A stretch of 64,000 nt of DNA from Bacteriovoracia bacterium (lineage in GTDB: Bacteria; Bdellovibrionota; Bacteriovoracia; Bacteriovoracales; Bacteriovoracaceae): positions 10,010-74,009 of the forward strand of contig JBKHVI010000009.1 of assembly GCA_046570105.1 (NCBI GenBank), read 5' to 3'. The notes beneath the pieces were generated by a model, which ran no database searches, was not told the DNA's origin, and worked only from the letters and a program-made list of their open reading frames with translations. The position numbers and the translations under genes are program-made. Position 1 is the first letter of the stretch, and every line of letters starts with the position of its first letter. Shown piece by piece: positions 9,937 to 19,734 of the stretch.

Positions 9937-9972
9937 CGTCTGGATTTTTTGACAGTGTCAAGGTTTTAGACA
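9937..9972. promoter_or_regulatory. tandem palindromic sites, candidate enhancer for a sigma54 activator
   Basis: CGTC-N10-GACA followed by TGTC-N9-GACA, 50-85 bp upstream of the -24 element. Confidence 0.45.
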
Positions 9973-10094
9973 CATATCGCCAGCGGCCCGTGTCTCCATA
10001 ATTCCCTAACAAAACCCATAACTTCATCTAACACACACACTGTGAACTCCTCGCTATAAAGACCGGGACCTATAAACCTTATCCGGAGATTGCT

Positions 10095-11360
10095 ATGAAA
10101 ATGACCCTCGCACTCCTATCTTTTGTCCTCCCCACAGCACTTTTTGCAGCTTGTCCTCAAGGCACGACCCTAAAAGGTCAGCTTGAAGGCATGGATCTAT
10201 GTGCCTTGAAAGGGAAGTACTTAAATAGCGAACTACTTTTGACTGCCAACAATCGTTATCTAATTGAAGATGGCGTATTCTTCGGCGGCGACAACAAAGA
10301 GAATTCAACACTTCGTATCCAGGCCGGCACTACGTTGCACGGTAACCCAGGCGCTTTCATCGCTATCCTTCGCGGCTCAAAGATTTTTGCTGAAGGTACA
10401 GAAACTAAGCCGGTTGTTTTCACTTCACTCAAGCTTACTAATCGTAAGCGCGGTGAGTGGGGCGGTTTGGTAATCAACGGTAATGCTCCCATCAACGCTT
10501 GTAAGCCGGGTGCTTCCATCTGTGAGGCCATCTCAGAAGGCATCAAAGTTGAGCCAGTTAAATTTGGCGGTAACAACGCTGAAGATAACAGCGGTGTGCT
10601 TCGTTATGTGCGTGTTGAATTCGCAGGATACCCGATCTCTCAAGATAATGAATTGAACGGCATCACTTTTAATGCTGTTGGTAGCGGAACTGAAATTGAT
10701 TTCATCCAAGTGAATATGAATGCAGACGATGGAATTGAGTTCTTTGGCGGTACTGCTAATGCAAAACACGTTGTTCTCACAAATAACGAAGACGATTCTC
10801 TTGATTGGGACATGGGCTTTACTGGCAAAATCCAGTTCATGATTGTTGAGCAAGCTAATGACAGTGCTGATAACGGCATTGAAGCTGATAACTTGAAATC
10901 ACCAATGAACGCTCAGCCGCGTTCAAATCCTACTCTTTCAAACGTGACTTTCTTGGGTGGCAAAAATAGCGCTTACGGTATGCTCCTACGCAAAGGTACA
11001 TCAGCTCACGTGATGAATACGATCATCACAGGATTTGGCAAAGCTTGTATCAATATTGATGATGCTGAAACGTTCAATCACGGTGGACTCAAAATCGAAA
11101 ATACTTTGGTTGATTGCGCGAATAACTTCGCAGTGGATGCCTCTGATCCTTGGTCAATCGCCGTTTGGTTTAACACTTTGGGTGGCAACATGACTGTTCC
11201 AGCTCAACTCAATGGCTGGTTCCCAGGTGTGGCAAGTCCAGCTCGCGGTGCAGGTGTGACTCCGGAAGATTTGTTCTTTGATCCGGTTGATTACCTTGGC
11301 GCCTTTGCTGATGTGTCAGACGTATGGGCAATGGGTTGGACCTCTAACGTACTCGAGTAA
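10095..11360 (+). CDS. secreted beta-helix-like protein of the family encoded next to TonB-dependent receptors (possibly Caulobacter ElpS-like)
   Basis: Signal peptide; WGGLVINGNAPIN, DNSGVLRYVRVEFAG, NELNG, DDGIEFFGG and DNGIEADN motifs. Confidence 0.7.
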   Translation: MKMTLALLSFVLPTALFAACPQGTTLKGQLEGMDLCALKGKYLNSELLLTANNRYLIEDGVFFGGDNKENSTLRIQAGTTLHGNPGAFIAILRGSKIFAEGTETKPVVFTSLKLTNRKRGEWGGLVINGNAPINACKPGASICEAISEGIKVEPVKFGGNNAEDNSGVLRYVRVEFAGYPISQDNELNGITFNAVGSGTEIDFIQVNMNADDGIEFFGGTANAKHVVLTNNEDDSLDWDMGFTGKIQFMIVEQANDSADNGIEADNLKSPMNAQPRSNPTLSNVTFLGGKNSAYGMLLRKGTSAHVMNTIITGFGKACINIDDAETFNHGGLKIENTLVDCANNFAVDASDPWSIAVWFNTLGGNMTVPAQLNGWFPGVASPARGAGVTPEDLFFDPVDYLGAFADVSDVWAMGWTSNVLE

Positions 11361-11363
11361 AAC

Positions 11364-13874
11364 ATGATCTTCTTGCTTCTTATAGCGATGATGGACCCCG
11401 CACTAGCTGCGGGGTCTGTCGTTTCTGAAGAGGTGCAAGAAACGACCGTCCAAGCCCCCAAAATTCGCAATTCGTTTGCCTCTCTCTTGGAGCAGAGAAA
11501 ACAAAAATCAGTGGTCGCTGATGTTTTGAGCCAAGAGGCGATGGCCAGAAGTGGTGACTCCGATGCGGCCGCCTCTCTTCGCCGAGTGACAGGTCTTACT
11601 CTCGTTAACGGGAAATTTGTTTATGTGCGTGGTCTGGGCGAGCGCTACTCAAGTGTACTTTTAAATGGTGCTCAAGTTCCAAGTCCAGAGCCGAGCCGTC
11701 GAGTTGTCCCTCTTGATCTTTTCCCCATTTCGATACTTGAAAGTATCTCTGTGCAAAAAAGTTTTTCTCCCGACAAGCCAGCTGAATTTGGCGGTGGTTT
11801 GATTGAGCTCACCACTAAACCATTGCCTCGTGAATTTAATGCTCAGATTGGTATGGGTTTTAATGCCGATGTCTATCGCAAGGGAATTGATCACAAGGGC
11901 GGTGAGCGTGATGTGTGGGGAATGGATGATGGCAGACGCGAACTTCCAGGAAGCATTCGTAATGCGCTTAATGGCAGAAGAAAATTAGTTCCCAATAATC
12001 CTCCCGGCGTGACCGATGGTGTGAGTGTGGATGCGCTTACATCTATGGGACAATCGCTCCAAAACAACTACAACACTTCTGAGCAATCAGGTGAAACAGT
12101 ACCCAATTTTAATTTTTCAATCGGAGACGCCTTTAAACTCGGCGCAGGTCGAGTAGGGACATCTCTTGGTATTTTATATAACCAAAATGCGGATATTGGT
12201 GATCGCCAAGCGACGAGTTATAACGTGGGTGGCGATGGAGAGTTGTTGCGTGATGTGCGCTCCGATGTACGCTTCTCTGAGCGCGAAGTTCAGCTTGGAG
12301 CGGCACTTGATTCGGGCTATGAGTGGAAAAAAAACAGTGTGAAATTCACCTCACTTCTATTGCGAAATTCTACTCGTCGCACAGAAGAGCGTGTTTCCGT
12401 GGGCACATCAGATTCAGTTGATGCTCGCCGCACCAGCAATCTTGAATGGGCCGAGCGCCAACTTTTTTTAAATCAAGTTTCTGGTAAGCATGAACAAGAG
12501 AAATTTGATGTCACTTGGCGCCTCAATCAATCAACGGCCGGTCGTGAGAGCCCAGATCAACGTGAGTACACTTATCTTAAGCAAAATGGCACCTACCTTC
12601 TGAATACGGACACCACAGGTAATCGCCGTGTCTGGAGTGAGCTCGAAGACGTATCCCAAGAGAGAGCGGTAGAACTCAATCTTAAACTCATTGATGGTAG
12701 CAACAAACTTCATTGGAAAAATGGTATTGTTCAAAATACTAAAAACCGCACAGCGGATGTTTGGAGACTGCATCTTAAAAATAACTTTGCTCCAGGAACA
12801 ACGCCAGATTTGAGTCAGGCGCCGGAAGATATCTTTAGTGAAGGTAATATTGGACCTGATGGCTTTCAGGTTACCAATTTAACAGAGTCGGCCGATAGCT
12901 TTACCGGTGAACAAACGATTAATTCGATTTATTCTAGTGTGGAGTGGGCACCGATTGATAGTCTTGAGATGTTAATCGGTGTTCGTCAGGAAACATCTGT
13001 CCAGGAAGTAAAAACATTTTACTACTTTGCCCCGAACACTCCCACTTCGCGCGGTAAACTCGAGATGGAAGATCTACTTCCCTCAGTCAATTTAACCTGG
13101 AAACCCAATCGTTCTCATCGTGTGCGTTTTGGATATTCGGAAACACTCGCTCGTCCAGATTTTCGCGAACTCTCTTCGGTGCCTTATATTGAAGAAGAAA
13201 CAGGTTATGAGGTCGTCGGGAATAGCCTTTTAGAAGGCACTGTGATTAATAATTTTGATCTGCGCTGGGAATGGTATTTTGGCCCAGTTGACTATATTTC
13301 GTTTGGTGGCTTTTATAAAAAGTTCCAAAGTCCGGTTGAAGCCGTCTTTGAACCAGGTCCCAATCTTCGAAAAACTTTTGCCAATGCTGCTTCAGCGGAA
13401 AACCGTGGAGTGGAGCTCGAAGGCCGCTATGGGCTAATGAATATTTCGCGCTTTCTTCGTCGCTGGACGCTACAAGGCAACGTAGCGGTGGTTCAGTCAG
13501 AAGTGGCATTGAATGAAAAAGAAGCGGGCATTTTAACGTCGGAGAGTCGCCCACTGCAAGGTCAGTCTCCTTATGTCGCTAATATGCAAATCCTTTATGA
13601 TCGCCCGGCGCCGCAAATTACCGCAGGCCTAGTTTACAATATTGTCGGCAAACGTATCACTGAAGTAGGAACGAGTGAGCGCCCCGATATTTACGAGCAA
13701 CCTACTCATCAAGTTGACGCCATCTACTCTCAAAAAATAGGTAAAGACTGGTCATATAATTTGCGCGCCAGAAATTTACTTGATCCGGCCAACGAGAGCA
13801 CTCAAGGCGACAAAGTCGTACGTACAAGAAAACGAGGGAGAAGCTATGCGCTTTCTGTTACTCATTTCTTTTAG
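11364..13874 (+). CDS. TonB-dependent outer-membrane receptor
   Basis: Plug motifs LRRVTG, VRGLGERY, VPLDLFP and FGGGLIEL; ARPDFREL; NFDLRWEWY; RNLLD; C-terminal Phe. Confidence 0.95.
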   Translation: MIFLLLIAMMDPALAAGSVVSEEVQETTVQAPKIRNSFASLLEQRKQKSVVADVLSQEAMARSGDSDAAASLRRVTGLTLVNGKFVYVRGLGERYSSVLLNGAQVPSPEPSRRVVPLDLFPISILESISVQKSFSPDKPAEFGGGLIELTTKPLPREFNAQIGMGFNADVYRKGIDHKGGERDVWGMDDGRRELPGSIRNALNGRRKLVPNNPPGVTDGVSVDALTSMGQSLQNNYNTSEQSGETVPNFNFSIGDAFKLGAGRVGTSLGILYNQNADIGDRQATSYNVGGDGELLRDVRSDVRFSEREVQLGAALDSGYEWKKNSVKFTSLLLRNSTRRTEERVSVGTSDSVDARRTSNLEWAERQLFLNQVSGKHEQEKFDVTWRLNQSTAGRESPDQREYTYLKQNGTYLLNTDTTGNRRVWSELEDVSQERAVELNLKLIDGSNKLHWKNGIVQNTKNRTADVWRLHLKNNFAPGTTPDLSQAPEDIFSEGNIGPDGFQVTNLTESADSFTGEQTINSIYSSVEWAPIDSLEMLIGVRQETSVQEVKTFYYFAPNTPTSRGKLEMEDLLPSVNLTWKPNRSHRVRFGYSETLARPDFRELSSVPYIEEETGYEVVGNSLLEGTVINNFDLRWEWYFGPVDYISFGGFYKKFQSPVEAVFEPGPNLRKTFANAASAENRGVELEGRYGLMNISRFLRRWTLQGNVAVVQSEVALNEKEAGILTSESRPLQGQSPYVANMQILYDRPAPQITAGLVYNIVGKRITEVGTSERPDIYEQPTHQVDAIYSQKIGKDWSYNLRARNLLDPANESTQGDKVVRTRKRGRSYALSVTHFF

Positions 13875-14556
13875 TCTCTTATTTGCGTGCGGTAAGCATG
13901 AGCAAAAGAGCTCGGGCAGTCTCTTAGGAGGCGATGTGCGTGAAATCGGCGAAGCGCGCGGTGAAGAAGCTCTTATTCAAGCTATCAATGCGGATGATGA
14001 AGCGCGCTTAGAATTAGTCTTTGCAAGTGAATGGAAGCTCGATCAAAAATTAAAGAATGGCCGTTTGCCACTGACTGAGGCCTGTTCTCTTTTAAAGCTC
14101 AACTCAGTCAAAAAAATTCTTGAACTCGGAGCAGACCGAGATTTAAAAGACGACGAAAATAAATCAGGAGTTGATTACGCCCAAGAATCTGCTCGCCTCA
14201 AACGACTGTTTTATCCTGAAGAAGTTTTGCGCCAAGAAATGGAATTGGTGAAAGCAGTTCGATTAAATAAGTTTGCTGATGTGAAAAAGCTGCTCTCAAT
14301 TGGCGTTGATCCCAACTTTATACTTGATGTTGAACGCACTCCCTCAGAGGTGGAAGCGCATTTTGTAGGTGAGACCCCACTTACTTTAGCAGTTGTTGCG
14401 AATCTTCCCAATATCATACGGACTCTCTTAGGTCCTGGCAGCAGCACGGATGTCAATCTTCCCAATACCCGAGGCGAACGTGCGCTGAAGTTAGCGCGTG
14501 ACAGGAATTTAACCCCTATTGAAAAAATGCTGCTCCAGCGTGGAGCAATAGAATAA
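13846..14556 (+). CDS. ankyrin-repeat lipoprotein
   Basis: ATG at 13846 gives lipobox LFAC; ankyrin motifs GRLPLTEA, GETPLTLA and GERALKLA. Confidence 0.8.
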   Translation: MRFLLLISFSLLFACGKHEQKSSGSLLGGDVREIGEARGEEALIQAINADDEARLELVFASEWKLDQKLKNGRLPLTEACSLLKLNSVKKILELGADRDLKDDENKSGVDYAQESARLKRLFYPEEVLRQEMELVKAVRLNKFADVKKLLSIGVDPNFILDVERTPSEVEAHFVGETPLTLAVVANLPNIIRTLLGPGSSTDVNLPNTRGERALKLARDRNLTPIEKMLLQRGAIE

Positions 14557-14566
14557 GGATGAGAAG

Positions 14567-15193
14567 ATGAACGAAAGAATTTTTGCCATTGCTCACTATG
14601 TTGACCAAGGTGTGTTGTACCTTCTTTTGCTTTTGTGTTTTTTAAGTCTCTACATGATTACGGAGCGCTGGTTTGCGCTGCAAAAGCGCGTCCAGGTCAG
14701 CAAAAACGTGCAAAAGCGCCTAGGTTTGGCGCTCAAAGAGCAAAACTTTAAAGTGCTGGATGAACTGGCAAAGGAAGAAGGGCCAGAAGCTGAAGTGGTG
14801 CGTTTGGGGCAAGAGCATTTCAAACGCTATGGTAATTCTGGCGTTGATGAAATCTGTCGCACTGTCGGTATGGTTCAGAAGCCTACGCTTGAAAAATACC
14901 TCGGTTTTCTTGCCACCGTGGGTTCAAACGGTCCCTACATCGGATTATTCGGTACGGTTCTTGGTATTATGAAATCTTTTAATGATATGGGTGCAAGTAG
15001 CGGCGGAAATTCTTCTGTCATGGCCGGTATTTCATCTGCGCTCATTGCAACCGCGGCAGGACTGATGGTGGCGATCCCTGCGGTTTTGGCCTTCAACTTT
15101 TTTCAGCGTCAAGTGAAGTCAGTCTACGGCGGCCTTGAAGCCTGTAAAGAGATGGTTTTCCTCTGGGAAAAAACCATTAAGAAGGAGTCATAA
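14567..15193 (+). CDS. exbB: MotA/TolQ/ExbB proton channel protein
   Basis: PYIGLFGTVLGI and ISSALIATAAGL motifs. Confidence 0.9.
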   Translation: MNERIFAIAHYVDQGVLYLLLLLCFLSLYMITERWFALQKRVQVSKNVQKRLGLALKEQNFKVLDELAKEEGPEAEVVRLGQEHFKRYGNSGVDEICRTVGMVQKPTLEKYLGFLATVGSNGPYIGLFGTVLGIMKSFNDMGASSGGNSSVMAGISSALIATAAGLMVAIPAVLAFNFFQRQVKSVYGGLEACKEMVFLWEKTIKKES

Positions 15194-15194
15194 G

Positions 15195-15614
15195 ATGGGA
15201 GCTCCCGTAGGCGGAGGCGATCAAGACGCCATCTCCGATATTAATATTGTTCCCTTGGTCGATATCATCCTCGTGGTGTTGATTATTTTTATGGTGACGG
15301 CCCCTGCCAGCCAAACCAGTAAAATGGATGTGGATCTTCCTTCAAGCTCTTCGGGCGAATCAAGTGGGGGAGGTGATCCCCTGCAAGTGGTGATGACTGC
15401 CGAAGGCCGTATGTTGATTAACGGTGAAATGGTTTCAGAAAGTGGCCTGCGCTCACAAGCGATGGAAGCTGTTCGTCTGGATCCGAATACTCCCGCTATC
15501 ATTACTGCCGATAAAAATCTTCCTCACGGTGAAGTTATCAAAGTCATGGATACGCTCAAGAGTTCTGGTATTCAAAAACTCTCTGTCTCGACCACTCAAG
15601 GTCTGGAGGACTAA
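15195..15614 (+). CDS. exbD: ExbD/TolR family protein
   Basis: INIVPLVDIILVVLIIFMVTAP motif; ATG at 15195 follows AAGGAG. Confidence 0.9.
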   Translation: MGAPVGGGDQDAISDINIVPLVDIILVVLIIFMVTAPASQTSKMDVDLPSSSSGESSGGGDPLQVVMTAEGRMLINGEMVSESGLRSQAMEAVRLDPNTPAIITADKNLPHGEVIKVMDTLKSSGIQKLSVSTTQGLED

Positions 15615-16363
15615 TGAAATTTTTAATCGCACTTCTCGTCATAAACACGGCCTGGGCCAATCCTCAGAAAGTTTTAGAACTCCGCCAAGATGTGGAGCGT
15701 TTGGCACAGGAAGTAGAAGAAAAACAAAAAGAGAATCAAAGTACACTTGATGTTTATTTACAGCGTCGCCAAGAAATCCAAGCGCAACTTTTGCGCGAAA
15801 AGTTTCGCGCCGATCAGCTGCAAACACAAAAGGGGCGTTTGTCAGAGGCGCTCAAGAAAAATCGCTTGGATGCCTCTGGAAGCATCAAAGCACCAGAATG
15901 GTTTGCACCCCTTCTCAATCGTCTTGAAAAAGAACTCGCTCTTAATCTTCCTATGGGAGAGGCAAGTAACGAACTAGAAAAGATTCGCGGCACACTGGCG
16001 CAAGGAAAAACAACATTTGAGACAGCACTCATCCAAACATGGTTTTTGCTGGAAAACGCCATTCGCCGTCGCACGAGCTCAGAATATCTAATGACGACTG
16101 TTGAAATAGATCAGAAAAAAGAGCCGGCCGAGATTGTTCGCTTAGGAGATTTATTGGCCTATGTGCGCACCGCTGGTGGTGAGTATGGTCTGATGAGCCG
16201 TCAGGGCGACAAGTGGCAATTAACTCGTTTTGATGACAAGTCAAAACAAGCGCAAATTGAAAAACTTATTTCGCAGTATAAGCAAAATCAAAAAACCGGA
16301 CTTTACGAGTTGCCTGGCATGAAAGAATTTATCGCCACCATGAGCGCGGAGAAGAAAATATGA
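15614..16363 (+). CDS. DUF3450-like periplasmic protein (TtpB-like)
   Basis: Signal peptide, coiled coil, LPM..., VRLGDLLAYVRT; lies in the TonB operon. Confidence 0.65.
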   Translation: MKFLIALLVINTAWANPQKVLELRQDVERLAQEVEEKQKENQSTLDVYLQRRQEIQAQLLREKFRADQLQTQKGRLSEALKKNRLDASGSIKAPEWFAPLLNRLEKELALNLPMGEASNELEKIRGTLAQGKTTFETALIQTWFLLENAIRRRTSSEYLMTTVEIDQKKEPAEIVRLGDLLAYVRTAGGEYGLMSRQGDKWQLTRFDDKSKQAQIEKLISQYKQNQKTGLYELPGMKEFIATMSAEKKI

Positions 16364-17118
16364 AATGGTTTATTACTCTGCTGTTTCCTTTGAGTGTTTT
16401 TGCGAACGATATGCAAGCTGCTTACGATAAGGAGATTCAGTTCCTTGAAAAGCAGAAAGCGTCTCTCGTGCAGCTTAAAGATCGTGTAAAAAAAGATGCG
16501 ATGGAGCGTCGAGCACAAGGCGAAGCTGAAATCAAACGTCTTAATCTTGAGTTAAGTCAGCTCTCGATAAAAAATCTCACTGAGCAAGAAACTGTTCAGC
16601 GCTGGGAAAAGCTTTTAAAAGACGCTGCCAGCGGCGGCCCTCAATTAGAAAAAAATCTCCGACGTATGGAAGATCAGTTTCGCCAATTGCGTGAGAAGAC
16701 CCCTCTGCCAAGTTTTTCGATCACCAAAGGATCTACCATTGACCAGTTTCAAGCACGTCTTGAAGAAGGTCTGATGATCCTTTCTGCCTTGGGAGAGCCC
16801 AGTCTTCGTTCACATGCATTCCTCGACACAGATGAAAAGCTCGTAAAGGGTGATGTGCTCGCTCTTGGTCTTTTTGGTGCCTACGGTGTCCAAAACGGAA
16901 ATACCTTTATGCTCGCTCCCTATGATTCACAATGGCTTAAGGCGGTTGAGAAACTGGCCGGCAATGAGCTTTTGCTCTTTGATCCATCTTTTCAACAAAG
17001 TCCGCTTAAGACTCATGCCGGATGGAAAGAACGTGCCGCCGATATGGCACCAGGTCTTGTGATGGTTTTGATTATGCTCACAGTGGTTGCTCTCTTTGTG
17101 GCGCTAGCGAGGGCCTAG
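16360..17118 (+). CDS. periplasmic coiled-coil protein with C-terminal TM helix (resembles the TtpC N-terminal half, without the ExbB domain)
   Basis: Signal peptide, coiled coil, VLALGLFGAY, LFDPS, single C-terminal TM. Confidence 0.6.
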   Translation: MKWFITLLFPLSVFANDMQAAYDKEIQFLEKQKASLVQLKDRVKKDAMERRAQGEAEIKRLNLELSQLSIKNLTEQETVQRWEKLLKDAASGGPQLEKNLRRMEDQFRQLREKTPLPSFSITKGSTIDQFQARLEEGLMILSALGEPSLRSHAFLDTDEKLVKGDVLALGLFGAYGVQNGNTFMLAPYDSQWLKAVEKLAGNELLLFDPSFQQSPLKTHAGWKERAADMAPGLVMVLIMLTVVALFVALARA

Positions 17119-17742
17119 ATGAAGACTGCTCACTGGGGATTGCCCGCACTTATTTTGCCGCAAGCACTTGCTCTAGGAGTGCTCTTGGCGGTGGCGCGTC
17201 CTCCACACGAGCTTTTCCAGGCCATCAAGCCAGCGAAGAAAGTCATGGCACCGATTGCTGTTGAATTGGAAGAGATTAAAGAAGAACTTCCGCCACCACT
17301 TCCGCCACTCGCGGGCCTGGCCGATAGTCTGGCTCCCGCAACTGCGGGTGGAAGCGATGGACTCGCAAGCCTTACTGCCGGTGTGGTGTCTGACGGCGCT
17401 GGTCCCGGTGGAGTCGCGATGGCCCAAGGAGAAGTGCGTGCTGAAGCTTTGGTGCAGGAAGGTTCAGATGAAACTCGCGCGCCAAAACTTACTCGTTCAT
17501 CGCCGCCTCAATATCCAAGCCTCGCCCAGTCGCAAGGAGTGACTGGTTATGTTCTGTTGAGAGTGCAGGTCTTGGCCGATGGGAAAGTAGGGGAGATGCA
17601 AGTTCTTGAAGCCAAACCACCTGGAGTATTTGAGGCAGCCGCAAAAAAAGCCGTTCGCACATGGAGTTATCAAGCTGGAATTGAACAAGGCAAACCTTCA
17701 GTCATGTGGGTCAAACACAAGGTGAACTTTGAACTGGATTAA
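17119..17742 (+). CDS. tonB: energy transducer TonB
   Basis: N-terminal TM, Pro-rich linker, PQYPSLAQSQGVTGYV...FEAAAKKAVRTW C-terminal domain. Confidence 0.9.
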   Translation: MKTAHWGLPALILPQALALGVLLAVARPPHELFQAIKPAKKVMAPIAVELEEIKEELPPPLPPLAGLADSLAPATAGGSDGLASLTAGVVSDGAGPGGVAMAQGEVRAEALVQEGSDETRAPKLTRSSPPQYPSLAQSQGVTGYVLLRVQVLADGKVGEMQVLEAKPPGVFEAAAKKAVRTWSYQAGIEQGKPSVMWVKHKVNFELD

Positions 17743-18853
17743 AATTTTTATCTTATTATTCTCTTTTAGCGTGCGTGCAGCGCTCACTCCTGAGGAACTC
17801 AAAAGCTATGATGAGCTTGAAGGGGAGGCGTTTGTTTCACGCCTCACGCGTGATGGTAAATTTACTGAGGCCATTAAGGCCTATGATGATCTGTCAAAGT
17901 CTCTTCAGCAAAATCCCAAGGCGCTCTCAGCTCTTGGATATGCTTATGGAGGAGAAAAGAATTGGAAAAAGGCCCGTGAAGTTTTTCAACAAGGACTTGC
18001 TATACATCCTCAGTCTGAGGAACTCATGGCCGGTCTGGGTCTTGCTCATTTTAAATTAAAATCTCATTCAGAAGCTGTCCAAGGCCTTATGAAAGTAAGT
18101 GACAAACAATTAGAGTCTCGTCATTGGATGGCACTCTATCTTTCAGCACAATCCTCATCATTAGACTTAAAAGCAAAAGTTGCTTGGAGAAAGCCCTCAA
18201 TCTCTAATGAAGAAGTCGAGTTAACTCGCTGGGCGCTTTTGATTGATGTCGGTCTTGTTCTCGAGGCTCAAAGCTATATCAGAAGCCTCACACAGACTTG
18301 TCGCCAACCAACATTCTATTCTCGGCTAGTTGATCAGTTTGAGAAAAAGAAAGTGAATAGTGATGAGATTGTTGAGCAAGCTTTGGCCTGCTATCCAAAG
18401 AATAGCGATATGCTTCTTTTAGCGATTCAACAAAACTATAAGGCTTCAAGACTTCACACTGTGGTTGAGCTATTCGAGCGTCTCGCCCTGCAAGACCAAG
18501 TTTATCATCACCACGTTGCCGAATTCATGGGAAGTCTTGGTAAAAAAGAGAGTACCGTCTATTGGCGCTCAACCACACCAGAAGAAAATTTGAGTTTTAA
18601 GGCGCGCGCCGCTCAATGGGTGAATGAAGCACGTTTTCCTCATGTGATGGCGATGCGTGCTCATGTAAGCGATAAACTTTATGATGATCCACTCCGCTAT
18701 GCCACCGGCTTTGCTTTTTTCAAATATAAACTCTTAGCTGAAATGCCCGCTCCTTTGCAGTTGCTCAAATCAGATACCCTTAAGAAGCAGGGGATGCAGC
18801 TCATTGAACTGGCGAAGATGTGTCGTGAACAAAGCTGGCAGTGTCGACCTTAG
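17729..18853 (+). CDS. secreted tetratricopeptide-repeat protein (TtpD-like position)
   Basis: Signal peptide; TPR patterns ALSALGYAY and LMAGLGLAHF. Confidence 0.75.
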   Translation: MNWIKIFILLFSFSVRAALTPEELKSYDELEGEAFVSRLTRDGKFTEAIKAYDDLSKSLQQNPKALSALGYAYGGEKNWKKAREVFQQGLAIHPQSEELMAGLGLAHFKLKSHSEAVQGLMKVSDKQLESRHWMALYLSAQSSSLDLKAKVAWRKPSISNEEVELTRWALLIDVGLVLEAQSYIRSLTQTCRQPTFYSRLVDQFEKKKVNSDEIVEQALACYPKNSDMLLLAIQQNYKASRLHTVVELFERLALQDQVYHHHVAEFMGSLGKKESTVYWRSTTPEENLSFKARAAQWVNEARFPHVMAMRAHVSDKLYDDPLRYATGFAFFKYKLLAEMPAPLQLLKSDTLKKQGMQLIELAKMCREQSWQCRP

Positions 18854-19701
18854 CCTGGCACTTTTCCTTGTTTAAGCACTAATTGCAGATGAATAATATG
18901 ATCGTTGTGTTTGGTATCTAACTCATCTGATGAGCGGATCATCTCAAGCACTAAATTGAGATGCGATTCTATTAGATTGAGATAGCGCCACGAAATACGA
19001 CGAATTTGCATGCGTTTGATAACAGGAGTGAGATTAAATTTCTCACCAAAACTCAAATCCCACTCATCCATTTTTTTATAGAGCTCTTTAAGTGAATCAT
19101 CTTTCGGAAAGGTCACATCTGGAAAGGCCGCCTGGATTTTTTGATTCTGCAGAATAAGGATCTGTCCTTCTTCCATTTCATCAATGGCTTTTTGCAGTCC
19201 CGCATCTTTGATAAGTGATTTAAGCTCACTGAGTTCAATCGGTGTTCTGGCAAGCGTGAGCAGCACAAAGAGATGATAGTGTAATTGGCTGCGTCCGATG
19301 ACATCGACTTGGCGAAGAGTAAGGCTTTTTCTATCCAGCACAATTTTGGGCTCTTCCTTCTTTTTCAGCTTCACCAGATCATCGACTGGAAAGAGATGGT
19401 CATAATCAGGGAATTGATCTTGGCAAAAGGCCTTCACCAGTTCCTCACCCAAATGAGTTTTAATAATTTGTGCCATCTGATGAACAATTTCAGCGGATGG
19501 CAGAAGCTTGGCTTGCAAAATCCGCATGAAGTAAGGGTAATTGCACTCAAGGCCCCCACGAATTAATTCCTGGTGAAAAGACTTGGCCGAATAGTGGCCT
19601 TGTAGCGTTTGGATTTCTTTGAGCTTATGCGCCAGCTTCCCCATAAGTCTCTTGTCGGTAGATAGTCTAAAAACTTGAGACTTTGCTGGAGGCTTTTGCA
19701 C
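18850..19701 (-). CDS. TIGR02147/DUF4423-like putative DNA-binding protein (start uncertain)
   Basis: N-terminal HTH-like segment (YSAKSF...YFMRILQAKLLPS), winged-helix-like middle, C-terminal IHLQLVL; size fits the family. Confidence 0.55.
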   Translation of the reverse strand: MQKPPAKSQVFRLSTDKRLMGKLAHKLKEIQTLQGHYSAKSFHQELIRGGLECNYPYFMRILQAKLLPSAEIVHQMAQIIKTHLGEELVKAFCQDQFPDYDHLFPVDDLVKLKKKEEPKIVLDRKSLTLRQVDVIGRSQLHYHLFVLLTLARTPIELSELKSLIKDAGLQKAIDEMEEGQILILQNQKIQAAFPDVTFPKDDSLKELYKKMDEWDLSFGEKFNLTPVIKRMQIRRISWRYLNLIESHLNLVLEMIRSSDELDTKHNDHIIHLQLVLKQGKVPG

Positions 19702-19734
19702 AAGTAAAACGGCTCAACTTCAAAAAGGGTGCTT

